A stretch of 64,000 bases of DNA from an uncultured bacterium. Its GTDB lineage: Bacteria > Zhuqueibacterota > QNDG01 > DTFT01. Position 1 is the first letter of the stretch; each line of letters opens with the position of its first letter. The DNA lies in contig CAVTNR010000014.1 of the NCBI GenBank assembly GCA_963736115.1, positions 128,001 to 192,000 on the forward strand, written 5' to 3'. The position numbers were made by a program, and so were the translations under genes. The notes beneath the pieces were generated by a model that made no database searches, was not told where the DNA came from, and saw nothing but the letters and a program-made list of their open reading frames with translations. Shown piece by piece: positions 22,289-31,091 of this stretch.

Positions 22289-24343
22289 ATGAGAAAATCT
22301 GCCCTGTTTCTGATCCTGCTTCCGTTCGCGGCCGGTCTGGCCGACGACGCGGCGGAGCGGATACGCGTGAACCAGATCGGCTATTATCCCCGCGGCCCGA
22401 AGGCCGTTGTGGTGATCGATCCGGTTTCCGCCGGCTTTTCAATCATCAGCGAAACGGACGGGAGCGCTGTTTACACCGGAACGCTCGGCCCGGCCTCGGT
22501 CTGGGCCCCTTCCCAGGAGAATGCGGCCATCGCGGATTTCTCCGATTTCGAAGGAGCCGGCGTGTTCCGGGTCCGCGTCGAAGGCATCGGCGACAGCTGG
22601 CCTTTTGATATCGGGTCTTTTGTTCACGAATCCGTTTCAGCGGCCGCCCTGAAAAGCTTCTACTTTCAGCGCGCGTCAATGCCCCTGGACGAGGCCTGGG
22701 CCGGAAAGTGGAAAAGGGCCGCGGGCCATCCGGACACATCCGTGTGGGTGCACGCCTCGGCCGCCACGGAAACGCGGCCCGAGAAAACGGTGATCCGGTC
22801 GCCGAAGGGCTGGTACGACGCTGGCGATTACAACAAGTACATCGTGAATTCCGGCATCACCATGTGGACCCTGCTCGCGGTTGTCGAGCATTTTCCTGAA
22901 TACGCGGCCGCGTTCCGGACGGACATCCCCGAATCCGGAAACGGCCTTCCCGACCTGCTCGATGAGATTCTCTGGAACCTGCGCTGGATGCTCTTCATGC
23001 AGGACCCGGACGACGGGGGCGTGTACCACAAGTGCACGAACGCGAATTTTGACGGCTTCGTCATGCCGAACCAGGCCCGATCCCAGCGTTATGTGGTGCA
23101 GAAAAGCGTCACCGCGACGCTCGATTTCGCCGCGGTTATGGCGCAGGCAGCACGGGTTTTGAGGGCATACGACCCGGCGCTTCCGGGTCTGGCCGATTCC
23201 TGCCTGTTTGCGGCTGAGGACGCCTGGATGTGGGCTGAGGCTAATCCGGCCCTGCTGTACAACCAGACCGCCATGAACACGGCCTTCAACCCGGATATCA
23301 ACACGGGCGCGTACGGGGACGGGAACGCGGCGGACGAATTCGACTGGGCCGCTGCCGAAATGTACCTCACGACCGGCGAAGCCGGTTACCTGGCCGCTGC
23401 GGATCCGTTCGGAAGCCCGGATATCCGGGTACCATCCTGGCCCAATGTATCCACGCTCGGCATTATTTCCATGCTGATGCAGGCAGACCGCATGACAAAG
23501 CCAGGCGTCGACACCGGAACATTGCAGGCCATGTTTCTGTCCTTCTGTGACGGCCTGGTCCGGAGCCAAAACCTCTCCGCCTATGGCGTGGTCATGGGCA
23601 CGGGCTCGAACGATTTCGTCTGGGGATCGAACGCTGTCGCGGCCAACCAGGCGCTCTGCCTGATGGTGGCCCACCGACTGACCGGCGAGGCGGATTATCT
23701 GGACGCCGCGCTCTCGAATCTCGATTACTGCCTGGGCCGCAACGCGACCGGGTATTCCTTTGTCACGGGCCACGGGGACAAGACCCCGATGCGCATCCAT
23801 CACCGCCAGTCCGGCTCGGACGGCATCGCGGACCCGGTGCCCGGTTTTCTCGCGGGCGGCCCGAATCCAAGCCAGCAGGACAGGAACGACGGCGCGGTTT
23901 ACACGAGCAGTCTAGCCGCCAAATCGTATTCCGACATGCAGGCCAGCTACGCATCGAACGAGAACTGCATCAACTGGAACGCGCCCCTGGTGTACATCCT
24001 GTTCGGAATCGAGGCACTGATGTCGGAAAATGGACTGCCTTCCGGCGCCAACAGCGTGGTCTCGCGGGAATCCGCGCCCCGCGGATTCCGCATCCGCGGA
24101 AATTACCCCAATCCCTTCAATGCGTCCACCCGGATCGCATATACACTCGACGCGCCCGCGGAAGTCCGGCTGACCGTGCACGACGCACTGGGCCGGGAAG
24201 TGCGGACGCTCCAATCGGGTCCGCAGACCAAGGGAAGGCATGAGGCCTCATTCCACGCTTCGGACCTTCCGAGCGGCGTCTATGTGGTCCGTCTCCAGGC
24301 GGGGACCTGTTCCACGGCAGGAAGAATGCTGCTGTTGAAGTGA
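22289..24343 (+). CDS. Secreted GH9 endoglucanase (Ig-like N-domain) with T9SS-A-like tail
   Basis: 'RVNQIGY', 'GWYDAGDYNKY', 'HHR', 'YASNENCINWNAPL'; RBS GAGGAG before ATG 22289. Confidence 0.94.
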   Translation: MRKSALFLILLPFAAGLADDAAERIRVNQIGYYPRGPKAVVVIDPVSAGFSIISETDGSAVYTGTLGPASVWAPSQENAAIADFSDFEGAGVFRVRVEGIGDSWPFDIGSFVHESVSAAALKSFYFQRASMPLDEAWAGKWKRAAGHPDTSVWVHASAATETRPEKTVIRSPKGWYDAGDYNKYIVNSGITMWTLLAVVEHFPEYAAAFRTDIPESGNGLPDLLDEILWNLRWMLFMQDPDDGGVYHKCTNANFDGFVMPNQARSQRYVVQKSVTATLDFAAVMAQAARVLRAYDPALPGLADSCLFAAEDAWMWAEANPALLYNQTAMNTAFNPDINTGAYGDGNAADEFDWAAAEMYLTTGEAGYLAAADPFGSPDIRVPSWPNVSTLGIISMLMQADRMTKPGVDTGTLQAMFLSFCDGLVRSQNLSAYGVVMGTGSNDFVWGSNAVAANQALCLMVAHRLTGEADYLDAALSNLDYCLGRNATGYSFVTGHGDKTPMRIHHRQSGSDGIADPVPGFLAGGPNPSQQDRNDGAVYTSSLAAKSYSDMQASYASNENCINWNAPLVYILFGIEALMSENGLPSGANSVVSRESAPRGFRIRGNYPNPFNASTRIAYTLDAPAEVRLTVHDALGREVRTLQSGPQTKGRHEASFHASDLPSGVYVVRLQAGTCSTAGRMLLLK

Positions 24344-24444
24344 CGGTGGGTCTTGGTTGTCCGGCCGGTCCGAGCCGTCCCATCGAACAGGCGCGACCAT
24401 CCACCGAAAAGCGTTCGTACTAAAAAAAAGAGAGGTTTTCATAA

Positions 24445-24876
24445 ATGATTGATCCGCGGATGTGGAAAGTGATGCAAAAGAGACTGGGATACAATGAATC
24501 GGAACTGGAGTTATTCCGCAATAATCCGAGGAACGAACAGGTCCTGTCCAAGCTGGAACTGCTTCAGCGAACCCGTTTCGTTGTCGAGGTCGTGGAATCG
24601 CACGGCTGCAACACCCGGCACAAGAAAGGCGACACGTTCCAGATCGACGGGCACGGGAATCTGGTGACGGCAGCCGGACCCGGCAGGATATGCCTGTATG
24701 CCCTCGGCTCGCTGACGACGCTCCTGCACGCGGCGCAGGAACTCATCTATGCCGGTGTGGATCCGAACGAGATGCGATTCAAATCCGCGGGCTGCCGGGA
24801 TATCGGACTGAATTGCGGGGGATGGGGGAAGATCGTCATGAGGCTTTCCGCCGTCCGGACGGAGGCGGAGGATTAA
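24445..24876 (+). CDS. Small Cys-containing protein, TIGR04076-like
   Basis: 'EVVESHGC...HKKGDTF', 'GRICLYAL', 'GCRDIGLNCGGWGKIVM'. Confidence 0.6.
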   Translation: MIDPRMWKVMQKRLGYNESELELFRNNPRNEQVLSKLELLQRTRFVVEVVESHGCNTRHKKGDTFQIDGHGNLVTAAGPGRICLYALGSLTTLLHAAQELIYAGVDPNEMRFKSAGCRDIGLNCGGWGKIVMRLSAVRTEAED

Positions 24877-24889
24877 ACCAGGGAGGCAC

Positions 24890-26752
24890 ATCAAGACGGC
24901 GCTTTCCCGAGGGATTTCCCTTTACGCCCTGTTCCTCTTCGGAACCGCGTTCGCCGGCGACTGCCGCCTCCGGATCGGCACGAACCTCGCGGGACCCGCG
25001 GACTGGGGCTCCGAGTGGCCCTTCGTGGATATCATGAAATACTCCCGGTCCTGGATCACCTTCAATTCCGTATGGCTGGAGGAGGGCGAAAATCCTTGGG
25101 ACACCGGCGCGGTGGACCGGATTCCAGCGGATGATAACGGCTATCCACTGGAACTGCCGTTTACGGTCGCGGGAACGGAGACGACCCAGGTCGTGCGCAC
25201 GGTCTGGGCCAACACATCCAGCCTCCCGGAGGGCGTCTATACGGTCCTATACGACGGGGAAGGGACGATCGATGTGGAGTTCGACGGTTCGATCCTAAGC
25301 CGCGAACCGGGCCGCGTCCTTTTTAATTTGAGACACCGCGATGATATTCTGTCCCTGAATCTCTTCGAATCCCGCAAGGGCAATCATGTCCGCAACATCC
25401 GGGTTCTGATGCCCGGAATGGAAGCCACGCACACGGACCAGCCCTGGTGCGCGGAATGGCTGGAAAAGCTGGAGCCTTTCCGTGCCCTGCGTTTCATGGA
25501 CTGGGGCCTGACCAACAATTCCACTTTGAAACAGTGGGAAGACCGGCCGCATATCGATGACTACACCTACACCCTGCGGGGCGTGCCGTACGAGTGGATG
25601 ATCCACATCTGCAACCGGAAAAAGGCCGACTGCTGGGTCTGCATTCCGCACGAAGCGGACGATCTCTATATCCGGAGCATGGCCGAATTGTTCCGTGACG
25701 GGCTGGATCCTTCGCTGAAGATTTATGTCGAATACTCGAACGAGACATGGAACTGGATGTTCGATCAGACCCACTGGTTGTTCGAAAACGGGAACCCCGG
25801 CGTCGAATGGCCGGAGCGCATCGTCCCCTTCATCCAGAACAGCCTGGACATCTGGTCGGATGTTTTCAGCGGCCAAACCGACAGGCTGGTCCGTACGGTC
25901 GGCGTACAGGGGTCCTGGCAGGACGTCAGCAACCGAGTGGTTTTCAATATGCGGCCCGGCAGTTTCGACGCTTTCTCGCCGGCCGCCTATTTCGGATTTC
26001 CTGATTCGGCGATCGCGGCTCTCTCGAGTCTCGGTGAGGCGGCCACGGCCGTGGATGTCCTGTATTGGGCGCGGCAGTCCGTGACCGGACAGTCCTCCTC
26101 CTGGCTCCGGTCCCAGTTCGAGACGATTTCGCGGCCGACCGGCCTGCCGATGATCTATTACGAGGGCGGCCAGCATCTCACGCCGGATCCTTTCGGTTCC
26201 GATCAGCCGTACGGCCGGGCGCTGATGGACGCCCAGATCCATCCGGATATGTATGACCTGTATGCCCAATGGTTCGATACCCTGGCCTCGTTCGTGCCGG
26301 ACGGCGGCACCGGCCTGCTGATGAATTTTTCGTTCATCGGGGAAAGGGACGGAAAATACGGAAGCTGGGGTGTGCTCGAAAGCCAGTTTCACCAGAGCCC
26401 TCCGTACCGAGAGACCGCGCCCAAGTATCAGGCGATACTTGACGCGCTCTGCGATCCGGGTTCCGGTATATCCCGCACCGACCTCAGGCGGGACGGGCTG
26501 TCCCTGTCCCTGAATCCGAATCCGTTCAACGCATCCGTGCGGATCCGTTTTTATCTTCCGGATCGACAGAGGGTCACGCTGACCGCATTCGACGCACGGG
26601 GCCGCAGAATCGCTGTGCTGATGGATGAAGAACGGCCCGCGGGCGAAACCGTGAAGCATTGGGACGCTTCCTCTTTTGCATCAGGGCCGGTCCTGATCCG
26701 GCTGAAGGCCGGACCGCGTACCGAGACAAGGAAATGCCTGCTGATCAGATAA
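24890..26752 (+). CDS. Secreted unclassified glycoside-hydrolase-like protein with T9SS-A-like tail; apparent ATC start
   Basis: The frame extends 45 codons upstream of GTG 25025 as a signal peptide plus 'IGTNLAGPADW'; motifs 'LRFMDW', 'YVEYSNETWN', 'YEGGQH'. Confidence 0.75.
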   Translation: MKTALSRGISLYALFLFGTAFAGDCRLRIGTNLAGPADWGSEWPFVDIMKYSRSWITFNSVWLEEGENPWDTGAVDRIPADDNGYPLELPFTVAGTETTQVVRTVWANTSSLPEGVYTVLYDGEGTIDVEFDGSILSREPGRVLFNLRHRDDILSLNLFESRKGNHVRNIRVLMPGMEATHTDQPWCAEWLEKLEPFRALRFMDWGLTNNSTLKQWEDRPHIDDYTYTLRGVPYEWMIHICNRKKADCWVCIPHEADDLYIRSMAELFRDGLDPSLKIYVEYSNETWNWMFDQTHWLFENGNPGVEWPERIVPFIQNSLDIWSDVFSGQTDRLVRTVGVQGSWQDVSNRVVFNMRPGSFDAFSPAAYFGFPDSAIAALSSLGEAATAVDVLYWARQSVTGQSSSWLRSQFETISRPTGLPMIYYEGGQHLTPDPFGSDQPYGRALMDAQIHPDMYDLYAQWFDTLASFVPDGGTGLLMNFSFIGERDGKYGSWGVLESQFHQSPPYRETAPKYQAILDALCDPGSGISRTDLRRDGLSLSLNPNPFNASVRIRFYLPDRQRVTLTAFDARGRRIAVLMDEERPAGETVKHWDASSFASGPVLIRLKAGPRTETRKCLLIR

Positions 26753-26994
26753 CCGGGACGGTTCGGGCCCGGAAACTACGGGTGTCGTTCGGCGTATCAT
26801 TATATACAGGGGTTACACGGGTGACGCCTGTTTCGGGGAACAGAAGGGATTTTTTCCGTTATACAGCCGTTCATCGGCAATTTTATACCCCAAACGGTGT
26901 TTTATCGGGCGGCCAGAAGCCTGGTCATTCTGGTTCCAGTTTTTCTGGATGATCGGAGATTGGGCTTCTGGCCGCTCCGACGGGTCTGGTTCAC

Positions 26995-27062
26995 CGCCGC
27001 TTGCGGCGTCCATCATCCAAGTTTCCTGAGATACTCCGCTGCTTGCGGCGGAGTCCTTCATT
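26995..27062 (+). repeat. Pair of GC-TT-GC hairpins resembling an IS200/IS605 right end remnant
   Basis: CGCCGC-TT-GCGGCG and ACTCCGCTGC-TT-GCGGCGGAGT followed by CCTTCA; same loop as the 55.9-kb element. Confidence 0.5.
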
Positions 27063-27116
27063 CATCGGGCGACCCGGCCGATCCGGGTGCATTTCAATCT
27101 ATCTGAAAGGTTCGGA

Positions 27117-29141
27117 ATGAAAAAGATCCTGCTTCTGGCGCTTGCATTGGTCGCGGGGAAGGCCGCGGCGAACGGCATCGTCATCAATGAAATCATGTAC
27201 CACGCGGCGAATTCGGATCTGGAATTCGTGGAACTGTACAATGCAACCGGCGCCGCCGTCAATGTGCAGGACTGGACCCTGCTCGACGACAGCGACAGCC
27301 ACACACCCTGCCGGCTGACCGGCGTCATGGAACCCGGCGGCTACCTGGTGGTCGCCAGCAGTGTCGGCCTGTTCACGCTGAACTATCCCGGCGTTTCGCC
27401 TGTCAGCGCCAACGGATTCAACACCGGCGCCGGCGCATGGGCGCTCGGAAACGCGAATGACGCGGTGCGGTTGTTTGACGCGTCCGGCATTCTGCGCGAC
27501 CGGGTCGCGTATTCGGACGGCGGCGAATGGCCCGGATCCCCGGACGGGGACGGGCCCTCATTGGAACTGCTGAATCCCGGGCTGGACAATACGCTGGCCT
27601 CGAGCTGGGATCCCAGCCTGTCGGCGGGCGGAACGCCCGGACGGATGAACAGTGTCCACACTCTGGACGCGGCGCCCATCTGCCGCGACGGCCGACGTCC
27701 GACCGAATGGCCGGACGCTTCCAGCCCGGTCCTGATTACGGTTTTCGCGTTCGACGCTGAGGGCCCGGTGACGGTGCGGCTGATGGTGGATACGGGCGCC
27801 GGATTTTCGGCTATTTCCATGAATGACAACGGCACGGACGGGGACAGGGCCGCGGGGGATTCGGTTTTCAGCGCGGTCATTCCGGTTCATCCGGCAGGCA
27901 CGCTCGTCCGCTATTACGCGATCGCGACCGATCAGGCCGGCCAGTCCAACCTCTGGCCCGGCGCCGCGCCTGTCGATTACCACGCATACACCGTCGGCCA
28001 CCAGCCGCCCAGCCTGCGCATCACGGAGCTGATGGCCGCGAATCGGGGATATGTCCGGGATCCGTTCGGAGATTCGGATGACTGGTTCGAAATTAAAAAC
28101 GAGGGCGCCGTTCCGGTGGACCTCGGCGGCATGTTCGTTTCCGCGGACCTCGGGTCTTCGCGCAAATTCCGGCTGCCGGGCCGCTCGCTCGCGGCCGGAG
28201 CGACTCTGCTCATCTGGGCGGACGACGAGACGGACCAGGGAACGCTTCACGCGGATTTCAAGCTGTCCGCGGAAGGCGAGGAAATCGGGCTTTTCGAGAC
28301 AGTGGACCACGGCAACAGCCTGATCCACGGGTGGAAGTACGGCCGCCTGGGGCCGGACCAGGCCATGGGGTTCCGGACGGCCAATGACACAGTCCCCGAG
28401 TATCTGTCGCCGCCCACGCCAGGTGCGGACAATGCATCGGCTTCGTTCTACTCCCCGGTGTGCATCAATGAATTTCAGTGCACCAGCGATTTCGGCGGAC
28501 CGGACGACTGGGTCGAGCTCTACAACCGCGGATCCGCGGCCTATGATCTGTCGGGGTGTTTCCTGTCCGACCAGCGTGGAGAGAACACCAAATGGACCTT
28601 TCCGCAGGGCGCGATGCTGGCGCCCGGGCAGTATCTCGTGGTGTACGAAGACGCGCTGGGATTCGGATTTGCCTCCGAAGGGACCGACGTGATCCAGCTC
28701 ACGGCTCCGGACAGCGCCACGGGCCTCGATTTCTATGACTTCGGACCCCAGACCGCGGATCACAGCGAGGGTCGGTTTCCGGACGGAACGCCGTCCTGGA
28801 TTTTCTTCAATCAGCCCACCAAGGGAAGCGGCAACAGACTCTCAGCCGTGGAGGATCGGGAACATGCCGCGATTCCCTCGACGATCTCGCTGAATCCGAA
28901 CCATCCGAATCCATTCAACCCGGAGACGGTTCTTTCCTTCACACTGCCGGTCCGTCAGCGGATTTCCCTGAAGATCTTCGATTCGAGGGGCCGCGAGGCC
29001 GCGAAACTGGCGGACGGCCCGTTCGATGCGGGCCGGCATGAAGTGACCTGGAGACCCGAAGGCCTGGCCAGCGGCCTCTATTTCGCGGTTCTGGAGGCGG
29101 ATGGCGTCAGACGCACCGGAAAAATGCTGCTGGTCCGCTGA
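27117..29141 (+). CDS. Secreted protein with three lamin-tail-like domains and T9SS-A-like tail
   Basis: Three repeats of '(I/V)(N/T)E...D/E(W/F)VELYN...DL.G..LSD'; tail 'NHPNPFN'. Confidence 0.85.
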   Translation: MKKILLLALALVAGKAAANGIVINEIMYHAANSDLEFVELYNATGAAVNVQDWTLLDDSDSHTPCRLTGVMEPGGYLVVASSVGLFTLNYPGVSPVSANGFNTGAGAWALGNANDAVRLFDASGILRDRVAYSDGGEWPGSPDGDGPSLELLNPGLDNTLASSWDPSLSAGGTPGRMNSVHTLDAAPICRDGRRPTEWPDASSPVLITVFAFDAEGPVTVRLMVDTGAGFSAISMNDNGTDGDRAAGDSVFSAVIPVHPAGTLVRYYAIATDQAGQSNLWPGAAPVDYHAYTVGHQPPSLRITELMAANRGYVRDPFGDSDDWFEIKNEGAVPVDLGGMFVSADLGSSRKFRLPGRSLAAGATLLIWADDETDQGTLHADFKLSAEGEEIGLFETVDHGNSLIHGWKYGRLGPDQAMGFRTANDTVPEYLSPPTPGADNASASFYSPVCINEFQCTSDFGGPDDWVELYNRGSAAYDLSGCFLSDQRGENTKWTFPQGAMLAPGQYLVVYEDALGFGFASEGTDVIQLTAPDSATGLDFYDFGPQTADHSEGRFPDGTPSWIFFNQPTKGSGNRLSAVEDREHAAIPSTISLNPNHPNPFNPETVLSFTLPVRQRISLKIFDSRGREAAKLADGPFDAGRHEVTWRPEGLASGLYFAVLEADGVRRTGKMLLVR

Positions 29142-29186
29142 CCCGGTCCCATTTCGCGCCCAACAGGCGGAGAGGAGAGATAAAAG

Positions 29187-30812
29187 ATGAAACGATCATT
29201 CTTCCCGAACAAAGTCGAGACGAGAGGTATTCTGGCCGGGCTCCTGCTGATCGGAACCCTGTCCTGCGGCGGCCGCAAAGATAGGACTTTCGTCAATCCG
29301 GTGCTTCCGGGTTTTTTCCCGGACCCCAGCATATGCCGGGTTGGGAACGATTATTATATGGTGAACAGTTCGTTCGAATACTTTCCGGGTGTGCCGGTTT
29401 CCCACAGCCGCGATCTGGTGAACTGGCGGCTGATCGGATACTGTCTCACGCGCAGCAGCCAACTGCCGCTCGATAAGGCCCGCGCCTCTGCGGGCATATA
29501 CGCTCCGACGCTCCGCTATCATGACGGTTTGTTCTACATGGTTACGACGAATGTCAGCGGAGGCGGCAATTTTTACGTCACGGCTGAAAATCCCGCGGGC
29601 CCCTGGTCCGAGCCTGTGTGGCTGGACAAGGAAGGCATGGATCCATCACTGTTCTTCGACGACGACGGCAAGGTGTATTACACCCGTCACGTGGGCGGGG
29701 GGGACGGGTACATCGGGCAGACAACACTCGACCTGGCTTCAGGGAAATTGCAGGGCGAGCTGAAGAACATCTGGGCCGGCACGGGAGGACAGTGGGCTGA
29801 AGGGCCCCACCTCTACAAGATCAAGGGCCGGTATTACCTGATGATTTCCGAAGGCGGCACGAGCTATGACCACTGTCTCACGGTCGCGGCCAGTGATTCC
29901 CCGTGGGGGCCCTTCGAATCCGATCCGTCCAATCCCATTTTCACGCACCGCGACCTGCCGGAAGATCCCATTCAGGCGCTGGGGCACGCGGACTGGGTCG
30001 AAACTCCGGACGGATGGTGGCTGGTCTGTCTCGGAATACGACCGCAGGGCGGCCGTTTCCACCACATGGGCCGCGAGACGTTTCTCGCGCCTTTCCGCTT
30101 CGATGAAGCCGGTTGGCCGGTGGTGAACGGAAATGGGAAGCTTCAGACCGTGATGCCCGCCCCCGGATTGCGTGAACAGGTATGGCCCAAGCCGCAGACG
30201 CGGGACGATTTCATCGGTGACGGACTGGCTCTGGAATGGAATTACCTGCGGAATCCGGTCGAAGCCGATTATTCACTGACCGCGAGGCCGGGCTTCCTCC
30301 GTTTGCAGGGTTCCGCGGTCAGGCTCACGGACACGGATTCCCCGACTTTCGTCGGCCGCAGGCAGACGGATTTCAACTGCCGGGTTTCAACGCTTCTTGA
30401 TTTTGATCCGGTTCGTGAGGGTGAAGAGGCCGGGCTGACGGTCCGCCAAACCGACAAGTATCATTATGAGACCGGTGTGACGCTGAAGCGCGGAAAGCGG
30501 GTCGCCTTCTTCCGCCGCGTTCTCGACGGCCGGGTATCCGGTCCGGTCGCGTACGAGAAGCTTCCCGAAGGACCGGTCACCCTGTCCGTTGTGGCGGATT
30601 CATTGTCCTACAAATTCTCCGTGACGCCCGCGTCCGGAGATCCGATCGCCATGGGAGAGGCCCTGGCCCGCGATCTGTCCGTCGAACGGATCGGGTTCAA
30701 GGACGGCATGTGCTTCACGGGCGCGTATTTCGGGCTCTATGCCACGGGTAATGGTCGGGCCTCCTCGGCGCCCGCGGATTTTGACTGGATGGAGATCGCA
30801 GCGGCGCAATGA
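29187..30812 (+). CDS. GH43 beta-xylosidase/arabinofuranosidase, probable lipoprotein
   Basis: 'NPVLPGFFPDPSICRVG', 'SSFEYFPG', 'IYAPTLRYH', 'EGPHLY', 'MGRETFL', C-terminal beta-sandwich; lipobox 'TLSC'. Confidence 0.93.
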   Translation: MKRSFFPNKVETRGILAGLLLIGTLSCGGRKDRTFVNPVLPGFFPDPSICRVGNDYYMVNSSFEYFPGVPVSHSRDLVNWRLIGYCLTRSSQLPLDKARASAGIYAPTLRYHDGLFYMVTTNVSGGGNFYVTAENPAGPWSEPVWLDKEGMDPSLFFDDDGKVYYTRHVGGGDGYIGQTTLDLASGKLQGELKNIWAGTGGQWAEGPHLYKIKGRYYLMISEGGTSYDHCLTVAASDSPWGPFESDPSNPIFTHRDLPEDPIQALGHADWVETPDGWWLVCLGIRPQGGRFHHMGRETFLAPFRFDEAGWPVVNGNGKLQTVMPAPGLREQVWPKPQTRDDFIGDGLALEWNYLRNPVEADYSLTARPGFLRLQGSAVRLTDTDSPTFVGRRQTDFNCRVSTLLDFDPVREGEEAGLTVRQTDKYHYETGVTLKRGKRVAFFRRVLDGRVSGPVAYEKLPEGPVTLSVVADSLSYKFSVTPASGDPIAMGEALARDLSVERIGFKDGMCFTGAYFGLYATGNGRASSAPADFDWMEIAAAQ

Positions 30813-30846
30813 TGTCCCTGGAACATGAAGCGTCCAGCCCTATGAT

Positions 30847-30885
30847 AAAACGCTCCGGGAGGTTTCAAACCTCCCGGAGCGTTTT
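30847..30885. terminator. Perfect 19-bp inverted repeat, likely a bidirectional terminator or REP
   Basis: AAAACGCTCCGGGAGGTTT-C-AAACCTCCCGGAGCGTTTT between convergent genes. Confidence 0.8.
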
Positions 30886-30904
30886 GTTTCTCGATCTGCC
30901 TGAA

Positions 30905-31021
30905 TCTGTCAGCGAGCGCATTCCCCAGTCCCGCGATGCGGGATCAATCTGCGGATGATGGCTATTGAAGACTTTGCGGGACCAAGCTATCGGATTATTT
31001 CAATATTGAAGGCCCGCGGCT
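30905..31021 (+). mobile_element. Partial non-autonomous IS200/IS605-like element end carrying two nested short inserts
   Basis: TGAA|TCTGTCAGCGAGCGCATTCCC matches the reverse complement of 56163-56188; host hairpin arm CCCGCGGCT resumes at 31013. Confidence 0.6.
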
Positions 31022-31091
31022 ACAGCGACCAAACCAGGCCGGTTTAAAAACGCGGAACCCGAAACCCGAAATTCGGGAATGACAAAAATAG

